Shown here in pieces: positions 20,614 through 29,387 of a DNA stretch of 64,000 nucleotides. A program made the translations under genes and the position numbers. This DNA is from a virus. The notes beneath the pieces were generated by a model. That model was not told the origin of the DNA and did no database searches. It saw only the letters and a list, made by a program, of their open reading frames with translations. The first letter of the stretch is position 1. Each line of letters starts with the position of its first letter. The stretch lies in IMG/VR virus record IMGVR_UViG_3300002092_001375, positions 3,451-67,450 of that record; one strand, 5' to 3'.

Positions 20614-22329
20614 ATGTTTGAAAATTTAACCGAGCAACAAGGCGATGCGGCAGTATTTCTTCCAGCCGTGAGTTCTTTCTACTCGACATTCGTGGGCAAG
20701 CAGCGTTTCGGCAATTATGTCGATCCTGCTCGCTTACCTATCTACTTTAACAATGGAGTCGAAGGACTAAACTTCTTCGACCCCGAAAAAGGCTACTTCT
20801 ATTACAAGTGGGGACTGTACTCAGCAGGTCACGCTGACCTCGATATGACCCGTAAGAGCGAAAAGGACGATATGTTCCGCAGTCGCCCACGCAATGGCGA
20901 TAGTATCGTAGTAGGCGATTCAGGAGGCTTCCAAATAGGTAAAGGTGTTTGGGAAGGTGAATGGCGTGATCCCAATGGTCCTGAGGTACAGGCTATCATG
21001 GCAGACTGTATCGCTAAGGGTATCGAATCTGTACCAGTATTAGATAAGAACGGTAAACCTGTACTGGATAAAAAAGGCAATCCTAAATATACCAAGATCG
21101 ATCACGTTAAGATCTATCAAGCGAAACTAGACGCAGCACAGAAGAAACGTGAACAGGTATTAGCGTGGATGGATGGGCTTATGGATTGGGGAATGATCCT
21201 CGATATTCCAGCATGGGTCTGTCGTAGTCCGGCAGGTGTAAAAGCCACCGGTATTAGCACATATCAAGAAGCAGTTAATGCTACTCGTCATAATAATCTA
21301 TACTTCATGGCTAATCGCAACGGCAACTGTAAGTTCTTAAACGTGTTACAGGGCGAGAATCATACAGAAGCCGAAGATTGGTATCAACAGATGAAAGATT
21401 TCTGTGATCCCAACATCTATCCATCTACACATTTTAACGGTTGGTCGATGGGTGGTCAGAACATGTGTGATATACATCTCGTATTAAAGAGACTGGTCGC
21501 TATGCGTTTTGACGGATTGTTAGAATCCGGAAAGCAAGACTGGATACATTTTCTAGGAACTAGTAAACTAGAATGGGCTTGTCTATTAACAGATATACAA
21601 CGTGCTGTACGCAAGTACCATAACCCGACGCTAACTATCAGTTTCGACTGTGCGAGTCCGTTCTTAGCAACTGCTAATGGACAGATCTATACACAGACCG
21701 AAATTGAGCATATGGAGAAGTGGGTTTATCGCATGGAGGCGAGTATAGACAATAAAAAATATTCCACCGATACTCGTGCTTTCAGCGATGCTGTTAATCA
21801 AGACAAGCATTTCCAGAAAGGTAAAGAAACTAACGGTATACGTTTCTACGATAGTCCTATCAGTGCCCGTTCTATGATTAAAGATGTCTGTGTTTATAAG
21901 CCAGGCGATCTAAATAAGAATGGTAAAGAAGGTCGTACTTCGTGGGATAGTTTCAGTTACGCTATCCAGATGGGTCATAATGTTTGGATGCATATTAATT
22001 CAGTACAAGAAGCCAATCGCCAATATGATCAAGGTGTGATACCTAATATGCTAGCCAGAGAAAAGTTTGATCGTACACTGTTTAAGGATATCGTTGATAG
22101 TATCTTTGCCGCAGAGACACGTGAAGAAGCATTGGCTATAATCGAATCGCATAATAAGTTCTGGATTGAGATTATCGGTACACGTGGGGCTACTGGTAAA
22201 AAGACTATTAATAGTTCGACACAGTTTAGTGCTTTGTTCGATATGGAAGAACCAGTCGAAGAATATCCAATCGATGATAGCGGGTTAGATGAATCTAACC
22301 TAGAACGACTAGAGGAGTCAGTAGAATGA
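20614..22329 (+). CDS. dpdA: TGT-family DNA 7-deazaguanine transglycosylase DpdA
   Basis: TGT motifs GDSGGFQ, MILDIP, NVLQG, IHFLG, SFDCASP; clustered with folE and queE; ATG 20614 preferred over 20554. Confidence 0.85.
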   Translation: MFENLTEQQGDAAVFLPAVSSFYSTFVGKQRFGNYVDPARLPIYFNNGVEGLNFFDPEKGYFYYKWGLYSAGHADLDMTRKSEKDDMFRSRPRNGDSIVVGDSGGFQIGKGVWEGEWRDPNGPEVQAIMADCIAKGIESVPVLDKNGKPVLDKKGNPKYTKIDHVKIYQAKLDAAQKKREQVLAWMDGLMDWGMILDIPAWVCRSPAGVKATGISTYQEAVNATRHNNLYFMANRNGNCKFLNVLQGENHTEAEDWYQQMKDFCDPNIYPSTHFNGWSMGGQNMCDIHLVLKRLVAMRFDGLLESGKQDWIHFLGTSKLEWACLLTDIQRAVRKYHNPTLTISFDCASPFLATANGQIYTQTEIEHMEKWVYRMEASIDNKKYSTDTRAFSDAVNQDKHFQKGKETNGIRFYDSPISARSMIKDVCVYKPGDLNKNGKEGRTSWDSFSYAIQMGHNVWMHINSVQEANRQYDQGVIPNMLAREKFDRTLFKDIVDSIFAAETREEALAIIESHNKFWIEIIGTRGATGKKTINSSTQFSALFDMEEPVEEYPIDDSGLDESNLERLEESVE

Positions 22330-22541
22330 GTACACCAGAAAAAATGATGGGACATTATCGCAGTCTTGTTGATAAGCACGAGAAACTTGACAAGGAAATC
22401 GAAGACGCATATAATCATCATGTTGACGATGTTAAGTTACACGAGATGAAAGCCAAGAAACTCCATCTCAAAGAACAGATGTTTGAACTCGAACAAAAAT
22501 TAGGGCAAGATGGAAAGAACATACTCTACGGGAATCGCTGA
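22326..22541 (+). CDS. small coiled-coil protein (YdcH/DUF465-like)
   Basis: L.DKHEKLDKEI...LHEMKAKKLHLKEQM pattern. Confidence 0.6.
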   Translation: MSTPEKMMGHYRSLVDKHEKLDKEIEDAYNHHVDDVKLHEMKAKKLHLKEQMFELEQKLGQDGKNILYGNR

Positions 22542-23064
22542 CGACGCTAAGTTTTTCGTCGGTACCGAAATAGAACACACACCAGCATACGGTATGCGTA
22601 CACTATTCGTTGTAGGTTTACAAGATTCAACTGATATTGCTATACAGTGTACTATGAATCGATGTGACCATATATACCTAGGTGCTAATCAAAGTTATAA
22701 CCCAAAAGATTATGGCGAAGTTAGTCAGTGGGATGATCTAGTGGCAAATTTACTACACGCCGACCTTTGGGTAACTCTAGATATCGATAGTAAATTTGTA
22801 GATATAAGCAGTGACTTACTTTCGTGTGCTTGTGAATATAACAAATTTATTCCTATGTTGAGTTTTAAAGTTCCATATATACGGAACCTCAATTATAATA
22901 CTTGTGTTAAAATCGACGACAAGGGGTTTAAAGCAACCAATCCCGGAGTATGGGTACATCATCTACACGATTTAATGGATCGTGGACGATTTACTGATTG
23001 GTCTAAGTACGGTAATGATGTTATAGTAGATAATACAAAGGCAGAGGAAACAGGCAATGAGTGA
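22510..23064 (+). CDS. hypothetical protein within deazaguanine cluster
   Basis: 184 aa; EIEHTPAYG, HIYLGAN, KIDD.GF.ATNPGVW. Confidence 0.75.
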   Translation: MERTYSTGIADDAKFFVGTEIEHTPAYGMRTLFVVGLQDSTDIAIQCTMNRCDHIYLGANQSYNPKDYGEVSQWDDLVANLLHADLWVTLDIDSKFVDISSDLLSCACEYNKFIPMLSFKVPYIRNLNYNTCVKIDDKGFKATNPGVWVHHLHDLMDRGRFTDWSKYGNDVIVDNTKAEETGNE

Positions 23065-23353
23065 AGATACAATTTATATAGGATGCGAGTGTCATAGCGC
23101 AAATCACATCGTCAGAGTAACTATGTTTGAATGGGAAGGTCAAGAACCTCCTGAATTTTATTTAGAATTACAAGCAGATCGCTGCTTGAGTTTTTGGGAT
23201 CGAGTACAACATGCTGTTCGTTACGTGTTCGGTAATGAGAATCTCGGCTGGCACGATGTTATTCCAAATAAAGCAGACGTTGATAAACTACACAACTTAA
23301 CTGAACGCTACCTAAACGCATACAAAGCATATGAGGCAAAACAAAATGGCTAA
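23057..23353 (+). CDS. hypothetical protein
   Basis: 98 aa with CECH motif; overlaps neighbours in operon. Confidence 0.65.
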   Translation: MSEDTIYIGCECHSANHIVRVTMFEWEGQEPPEFYLELQADRCLSFWDRVQHAVRYVFGNENLGWHDVIPNKADVDKLHNLTERYLNAYKAYEAKQNG

Positions 23354-23705
23354 TACCTACATCAAAGTCCGCACAGAATTCGAAGGTTATCATTTCTATC
23401 CAAATGCTGGAGAAATTGATCCTCGTATTAAATTCCTTGAAAATGAGCATAGACACATGTTCAAGGTAGAAGTTAAAATTAGCGTAAATCACCTTGACAG
23501 AGAATTAGAGTTTTTCCTCGTTAAGTGGGCTTTGGCTAATTTTATTCAATCAGGTAATCAAAATCATAAGTCATGTGAAATGATTGCGACTGATATCTTA
23601 AACAATCATTTGATTCCCCGTTATGGAGAAGATAGATATTACGAGGTCGTAGTATCCGAAGACGGTGAATCAGATGGTATTATCGAATACAACAGAGGAA
23701 AGTAA
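23346..23705 (+). CDS. dpdL: QueD-like T-fold protein (DpdL-type, putative CDG decarboxylase)
   Basis: FEGYH, LENEHRHMF (LxxxHRHxF rather than QueD CxxxHGH), SCEMIA, VSEDGE; start at ATG 23346 after GAGG SD. Confidence 0.65.
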   Translation: MANTYIKVRTEFEGYHFYPNAGEIDPRIKFLENEHRHMFKVEVKISVNHLDRELEFFLVKWALANFIQSGNQNHKSCEMIATDILNNHLIPRYGEDRYYEVVVSEDGESDGIIEYNRGK

Positions 23706-23924
23706 ATGAGTACGTACAAGCGAGCAGAGATCCAGAAAGTTTTTGATGATCTTGATACCTACAGGAATTTCTGTAGAGAATTCGGACATGTGTTTAACGA
23801 AGCACATCTCTATAACCCCACAACAGCGTATGGTCAATACCAGCGTTATCGTAGTGGACAACGTGTCACTAATAACTGGAAAGAAGATCGTAGATCATGG
23901 CTTGCCCAACAGCGGACGCACTAA
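23706..23924 (+). CDS. hypothetical protein
   Basis: 72 aa, GAGGA SD, TAATG overlap downstream. Confidence 0.65.
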   Translation: MSTYKRAEIQKVFDDLDTYRNFCREFGHVFNEAHLYNPTTAYGQYQRYRSGQRVTNNWKEDRRSWLAQQRTH

Positions 23925-25186
23925 TGAATCACTGGACCGTGACAATCGAAGAAGATCCAGAGACGGGGGAGTTAGCACTCCCCTTTCCTGATGAGCTAAT
24001 TGAAAAGATGGAATGGTCTATCGGCGATACATTAGTATTTGAAGATCTCAAAGATGGCTCATTTGCCATCAGGAAAAAAAAGATGACAGTATACATAGTT
24101 GATCTAGAAGCAGTTGAAACACGTTATACCGCACAATGGAAAAAACATTTACCCGAACAGATGGCTGCTGCCGGATTACAAGTAACTGTGTTAAGCGGTG
24201 GAGAAGTTCCACAGGCAACTACCCCAGGTGCGTTTCTCAACTTTGCAGGTACTAACAGTTATAAAAGCCAACAATTACAGCACATCTCAAGTCTGTTTGC
24301 TAATGGTGTAATACAGGATGGTGATTATTTCCTTTATACCGATGCATGGAACCCAACTGTTTTACAATTAAAATACATGGCAGAACTGCTTAAGGTGAAA
24401 ATACGCATCGGTGGGATGTGGCATGCCGGATCATACGATCCGCAAGATTTCCTCGGTCGATTGATCGGGGATAAGCCTTGGGTGCGTAATGCTGAATCTA
24501 GTATGTTCCACTGTTATGATGATAACTTCTTCGCTACACGATTCCATGCTAATATGTTATTGAGAGAACTATTCGACGTAGAACCAATGTTTACCGATGA
24601 TGAAATAGAACAATGGGAATTAGAGGACTACCCTGGTACTCCGAGAGTACATATTGTAGGCTGGCCTATGGAATATCTTAAGGATATATTAAGTCCTTGG
24701 AAAAATACTCCTAAGAAAGACAAGATTATATTTCCACATCGTCTAGCACCAGAAAAGCAACTTAAGATATTCAAGGATCTAGCAGAGTCTATGCCACAAT
24801 ATGAATGGTTTGTAGCACAAGAGCACACACTAACTAAAGATGAATACCATCAACATCTCGCAGAAAGCAAGATCGTGTTTAGTGCTAACTTACAGGAAAC
24901 GCTAGGCATCAGTATGTATGAAGGTGCTCTAGTTGGAACTTATCCGTTGGTACCAGATCGACTGAGTTATACAGAGATGTGGGAAGGCGGCAGTAAGTAT
25001 CCAAGCGAAGGTACATTAACATGGGAATCTTATCTAGCAAATAAAGATCGAATGATCGAAGTTATTACTCTCAATATGAGAGGCGAACTCTTGAAAGAAT
25101 ACGCACTACGAAAAGCGTTAACTGTGGGCGATAAATTCTTCAATGGTGCTGCTCTATATAAAGTAATCCTTGACTCTGCGACCTAA
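23924..25186 (+). CDS. GT-B glycosyltransferase (own start at 24083) in frame with an N-terminal AbrB/MazE-like domain (23924-24082)
   Basis: N-terminal EEDPETGELALPFPDELIEKMEWSIGDTL; GT motifs YTDAWNP, HAGSYDP, FPHRLAPEK, ETLGISMYEG, PDRLSY. Confidence 0.85.
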   Translation: MNHWTVTIEEDPETGELALPFPDELIEKMEWSIGDTLVFEDLKDGSFAIRKKKMTVYIVDLEAVETRYTAQWKKHLPEQMAAAGLQVTVLSGGEVPQATTPGAFLNFAGTNSYKSQQLQHISSLFANGVIQDGDYFLYTDAWNPTVLQLKYMAELLKVKIRIGGMWHAGSYDPQDFLGRLIGDKPWVRNAESSMFHCYDDNFFATRFHANMLLRELFDVEPMFTDDEIEQWELEDYPGTPRVHIVGWPMEYLKDILSPWKNTPKKDKIIFPHRLAPEKQLKIFKDLAESMPQYEWFVAQEHTLTKDEYHQHLAESKIVFSANLQETLGISMYEGALVGTYPLVPDRLSYTEMWEGGSKYPSEGTLTWESYLANKDRMIEVITLNMRGELLKEYALRKALTVGDKFFNGAALYKVILDSAT

Positions 25187-25197
25187 ATAATCTATAT
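25169..25197 (+). promoter_or_regulatory. sigma70-type promoter for folE
   Basis: CTTGAC-N17-CTATAT. Confidence 0.55.
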
Positions 25198-25239
25198 TAA
25201 TACTAATGCCATCCTCGGCTATAACTCGGAGAATAATTA

Positions 25240-25923
25240 ATGAGTGTTTCTAAAAAAATACGTCAGCGTATCGAAGACGCTGGCGCACGTTATTGGGCTG
25301 GTGATAACATCAGCAAGTTTATTGAATCCAATGAACGTGATGAATTGATTAATGAATTACATAATAAATTTGATGCGGTGCTGGATAGTCTTGTGATCGA
25401 TCGTGAGAACGATCCCAACAGTCATGATACAGGTAGGCGTCTTGCCAAAATGTATGTAAATGAACTGATGCGAGGTCGCTACTATCCAGCACCGGATGCG
25501 ACAAGTTTCCCAAATGAAATGGAAGATCGATATGAAGGTATGTTAGTTGTTCGAAGTGAACTGCGTAGTGTTTGCTCTCATCATCATCAACCTGTTACAG
25601 GCGTGGCATATATCGGTATCATCGCCGCAGACAGACTTATCGGTCTCAGCAAGTATACTCGCATTGCTCAGTGGTGCGCTCGTCGTGGTACTCTTCAGGA
25701 AGAACTATGTAATGATATCGCGAAGGAAATCATGAAGGCTACTGGCAGCACAGATGTTGGCGTATATATACAGGCCGAGCATGGTTGCTGTACTAATCGT
25801 GGCATTATGGCAAAGAGCAGCCTAACACAGACTACTGTATTGCGTGGGGCGTTTAATACTGACGCAGGTACAAAGAAAGAATTCTTCGATAATATTAAAT
25901 TACAACAGGATTATTCACGGTGA
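25240..25923 (+). CDS. folE: GTP cyclohydrolase I
   Basis: SVCSHHHQP, GLSKYTRIA, RRGTLQEEL, AEHGCCTNRG. Confidence 0.95.
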   Translation: MSVSKKIRQRIEDAGARYWAGDNISKFIESNERDELINELHNKFDAVLDSLVIDRENDPNSHDTGRRLAKMYVNELMRGRYYPAPDATSFPNEMEDRYEGMLVVRSELRSVCSHHHQPVTGVAYIGIIAADRLIGLSKYTRIAQWCARRGTLQEELCNDIAKEIMKATGSTDVGVYIQAEHGCCTNRGIMAKSSLTQTTVLRGAFNTDAGTKKEFFDNIKLQQDYSR

Positions 25924-26357
25924 TCAACGATGACGACGATGACGATTCAACTGTCACGATAACAGGTAGTAGTAATCTCGGTGGATTTAGTGGCAGTGGA
26001 ATATCAAGTCTAACAGCCCCTTCAATATCAACCATAACAGTCGGCGGTGGCGGCGGTGGTGGAGTTGGTGCTATAGGACATACTGGTACTACAGGTAGTT
26101 ATTATGTTTCTACCGGAACCGGTGGTGGTTCTATGTGGAGTACACCGACTATAAACACTCCTGCTGTTCTTAGCACAAGTAAAGGCAACTCTGTCGATCT
26201 CGACGAACTTGCCGAGATGATGAAGATCATGAAGGAACGTCTACTAATACTAATACCTGCTTTTGAAAAACACGAAAAATACGCCGCATTAAAAAAAGCA
26301 TACGACAACTATAAGATGATCGAAGCACTAATCCAAGAGGAAAGAAAAGATGACTAA
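25920..26357 (+). CDS. hypothetical protein with S/G/T-rich low-complexity N-terminus
   Basis: GTGA overlap with folE; helical C-terminus EKYAALKKAYDNYK. Confidence 0.65.
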   Translation: MINDDDDDDSTVTITGSSNLGGFSGSGISSLTAPSISTITVGGGGGGGVGAIGHTGTTGSYYVSTGTGGGSMWSTPTINTPAVLSTSKGNSVDLDELAEMMKIMKERLLILIPAFEKHEKYAALKKAYDNYKMIEALIQEERKDD

Positions 26358-26829
26358 AAAAATATACTACGACTGGACACAGATTGATCGATGGTGCCAG
26401 CGTATCGCATTGGATATCCTCAAGACGGATTGGCGTCCTGATTATATCGTGGGACTAACACGTGGCGGGTTAGTACCTGGTGTTATGTTAAGTCATATAC
26501 TGGATATTCCAATGCATACTCTTAAGGTAGCACTCCGTGATGGTCACGAAGATTGTGAAACTAATGCGTGGATGCCCGAAGACGTAGTTGACGGTAAGAA
26601 CATCCTAATCGTAGACGATATCAACGACACCGGCGATACGCTCGCTTGGATCCGAGATAATTGGGAAAAGAGTGTGTTTAAAGGCGACATCGAATTCCAT
26701 TGGCACAAGCGTATCAAAGTAGCAGTTATCGTTAATAATCTTGCCAGCAACGAACATATCGATTGGTGTGCTATAGATATTAACAAAGCCGAAGATCCGT
26801 CTTGGATTGTATTTCCTTGGGAGGCTTGA
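26350..26829 (+). CDS. type I purine phosphoribosyltransferase (gpt-like)
   Basis: IVGLTRGG, PRPP-binding LIVDDINDTGDT, WIVFPWE. Confidence 0.9.
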   Translation: MTKKIYYDWTQIDRWCQRIALDILKTDWRPDYIVGLTRGGLVPGVMLSHILDIPMHTLKVALRDGHEDCETNAWMPEDVVDGKNILIVDDINDTGDTLAWIRDNWEKSVFKGDIEFHWHKRIKVAVIVNNLASNEHIDWCAIDINKAEDPSWIVFPWEA

Positions 26830-26854
26830 CATCATGCGTGAGATGTATTATATT
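26826..26854 (+). promoter_or_regulatory. sigma70-type promoter for queE
   Basis: TTGACA-N17-TATATT upstream of GAGGT SD. Confidence 0.6.
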
Positions 26855-26871
26855 AATGTTAGAGGTTTATC

Positions 26872-27729
26872 ATGAGCAAGATTAAGATAAGTGAAATATT
26901 CTACAGCCTACAAGGTGAAGGTCAGTACATCGGTGTGCCTAGCATCTTCTTGAGGACGTTTGGTTGTAATTTTACCTGCGGCGGATTTGGTATGCCGCTA
27001 GGTGAAGAAAGCCAAGAGCGTGTTAATATCGCGAAGCGTGTAGGCGACTTTAATGACTATAAAGAACTGCCCTTAGTATCAACAGGCTGCGATAGTTATG
27101 CTAGTTGGGATCCTAAGTTTAAGCATCTCAGTCCAATGTTAACTGTAGGTGCTATCGTTGATCGTTTCCAAGAACTATTGCCGGAAGGCAAGTTTAGCAG
27201 AGACGAACATCTGATCATCACAGGTGGTGAACCGTTGCTCGGATGGCAACGTAGTTTCTCAGAATTGTTAGACGAAATCTATTCAAGGAATATGGGCTTA
27301 ACACATCTCACATTCGAGACCAACGGTACACAATTCTTATCACAGGACTTTGAACACTATCTCACAACAAAGGCAAATGAAGGTCTCGAGATTACTTTTA
27401 GTATCAGTGCTAAACTACCCTGCAGTGGTGAGAAGTGGGAAGATGCCATTCGTCCAGATGTCGTAAAGAACTATGTACGTATTCCAGGCCATCGCAGTTA
27501 TTTCAAATTCGTTGTTTCTAGTAAGCAGGATGTTATCGATGCTCAACGTGCGGCTGCTGCTTATTCAGTAGCAGGTATTAACATTCCAATCTACCTGATG
27601 CCAGTCGGCGGTGTTAATAGCGTGTATGAAATGAACGAAAGAGCTGTGGCAGACTATTGCCGCGACAATGGATTGAGATTCAGTCCACGTATACAAGTGC
27701 CGTTATACAAAAATCAATGGGGGACATAA
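26872..27729 (+). CDS. queE: 7-carboxy-7-deazaguanine synthase (radical SAM)
   Basis: EIFYSLQGEG, FLRTFGCNFTC...CDS, ITGGEP, FETNGT, SPRIQ. Confidence 0.92.
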   Translation: MSKIKISEIFYSLQGEGQYIGVPSIFLRTFGCNFTCGGFGMPLGEESQERVNIAKRVGDFNDYKELPLVSTGCDSYASWDPKFKHLSPMLTVGAIVDRFQELLPEGKFSRDEHLIITGGEPLLGWQRSFSELLDEIYSRNMGLTHLTFETNGTQFLSQDFEHYLTTKANEGLEITFSISAKLPCSGEKWEDAIRPDVVKNYVRIPGHRSYFKFVVSSKQDVIDAQRAAAAYSVAGINIPIYLMPVGGVNSVYEMNERAVADYCRDNGLRFSPRIQVPLYKNQWGT

Positions 27730-27730
27730 G

Positions 27731-28012
27731 ATGAAATTTGTGACAGTTATGGACATGTGGTTATTGATCATCAACATTGGGTTGATGGGATTTATCATCT
27801 ACTTTGGACGTAATCTACTCAAGACTATGACCAGATTAATGCATGTCGGTGAGCAGAGAGAACATAATGTAGAGCGACAACGCTGTATTAAACTGATCGA
27901 GACAGAGCTCGAACACTACAAAGTAATCAGCGGTATGCGTTTAGATGCCGAAGCCGATCAAGTTGTACACACACTTGAGTACGTACTTGAACAGATCAAG
28001 AAGGGTAAGTAA
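27731..28012 (+). CDS. hypothetical membrane-anchored protein
   Basis: N-terminal hydrophobic helix. Confidence 0.6.
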   Translation: MKFVTVMDMWLLIINIGLMGFIIYFGRNLLKTMTRLMHVGEQREHNVERQRCIKLIETELEHYKVISGMRLDAEADQVVHTLEYVLEQIKKGK

Positions 28013-28410
28013 TGTTTAATCTAATTAAGAATCTTTTTAAGAAACCCGAGCCTGTGGTTGCTGCTCCAGCGCCAGAATACAAAACTGAAACTACAACCAC
28101 TGTAAAAATATCCAAACCACGCAAACCTCGAAAGAAACCCAAACCTGTAGCAGAATCAAAAATATCAGAAAAAGATATGGCTACTGCTCGTAATGAGTCA
28201 TATATTCGAGTAATAGACACACAGTTTGATCCAAAGAATCCCGCAAATGGTTTCTTTGAATTAGATTGGAATGGTGTCTTCATTGACGAATTACGAAAAG
28301 CAGGGTATACTGGTGCTACTGAAGAAGAGATAGTCGACAAATGGTTTAAAGCTATTTGTCAAAATGTTGTATCCGAATCAAACCCAAACCAAGAAGTCAG
28401 GATCGTATGA
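28012..28410 (+). CDS. hypothetical protein
   Basis: FFELDWN...LRKAGYTG..EEEIVDKWF; TAATG overlap. Confidence 0.7.
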   Translation: MFNLIKNLFKKPEPVVAAPAPEYKTETTTTVKISKPRKPRKKPKPVAESKISEKDMATARNESYIRVIDTQFDPKNPANGFFELDWNGVFIDELRKAGYTGATEEEIVDKWFKAICQNVVSESNPNQEVRIV

Positions 28411-29387
28411 CAACATACATAATCATCGATACAGCAAATTGTTTTTTTAGGGCCAGACACGTAGTACGTGGTGATGTTGATACTAAACTAGGTATGGCTC
28501 TGCACATCACTCTTGCTAGTATCAAGAAAGCATGGACAGACTTTGGCGGTAATCACGTTATCTTCTGTTTAGAAGGGCGTAGTTGGCGTAAAGACTACTA
28601 TGCACCATACAAACGTAATAGAGCAGAAGCACGTTCGGCTCTTACTGAAAAAGAAGCAGAAGAAGATAAACTGTTTTGGGAAACATTCGATACCCTCAAA
28701 GATTTCGTGCGCGAAAAGACTAATTGTACAGTTATGCAACATCCGCAATTAGAAGCAGATGATCTCATCGCAGGGTGGATACAGAGTCATCCAGACGATA
28801 ATCATATTATCATCTCTACAGATAGTGATTTTGTACAGTTAATCGCACCTAACGTAAAGCAGTATAACGGTGTTTCTAATACGTTAATCACACACGAAGG
28901 TTATTTTAACGATAAAGGTAAACCCATTTTTGATAACAAAACAAATAAGCCAAAAGAAACTGCTAATCCCGAATGGCTTTTGTTTGAAAAATGTATGCGT
29001 GGTGATCCAACTGATAATGTATTCAGCGCATATCCTAAGATCCGTAAAAATAAGCTACAAGAAGCATTTGAAGATCGTAAAAACAAAGGCTTTGTTTGGA
29101 ATAATATGATGCTTCAGCGTTGGGTTGATCACGAAGGTGTTGAACATCGTGTATTAGATGACTACGATCGCAATCGTAGATTAATCGACTTATCCGCACA
29201 ACCCGACGACATTAAAGAAATAATCAAAGAAACTATCGCTACCAATTCAGTACCTAAAAACGTCGATCAAGTTGGCCTCAGATTAATGAAATTCTGTGGT
29301 CTTTTTGATCTGGTAAAAATTAGTGAACAAGCCCAGGCTTATGCAGAGCCATTAAATGCAAAATATCCGGAGAAAACACATGGATGA
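28407..29387 (+). CDS. rnh: RNase H / 5'-3' exonuclease (T4 rnh, FEN family)
   Basis: IIDTAN, YKRNR, LEADDLIA, ISTDSDF, GDPTDNV; ATG 28407. Confidence 0.9.
   Translation: MTTYIIIDTANCFFRARHVVRGDVDTKLGMALHITLASIKKAWTDFGGNHVIFCLEGRSWRKDYYAPYKRNRAEARSALTEKEAEEDKLFWETFDTLKDFVREKTNCTVMQHPQLEADDLIAGWIQSHPDDNHIIISTDSDFVQLIAPNVKQYNGVSNTLITHEGYFNDKGKPIFDNKTNKPKETANPEWLLFEKCMRGDPTDNVFSAYPKIRKNKLQEAFEDRKNKGFVWNNMMLQRWVDHEGVEHRVLDDYDRNRRLIDLSAQPDDIKEIIKETIATNSVPKNVDQVGLRLMKFCGLFDLVKISEQAQAYAEPLNAKYPEKTHG

Noticed and set aside
20614-22329. tRNA-modifying Tgt rather than DpdA
   Set aside because: No C-terminal CxCxxC zinc site seen, much longer than Tgt, and adjacent to polymerase and clamp; DNA targeting is still an inference
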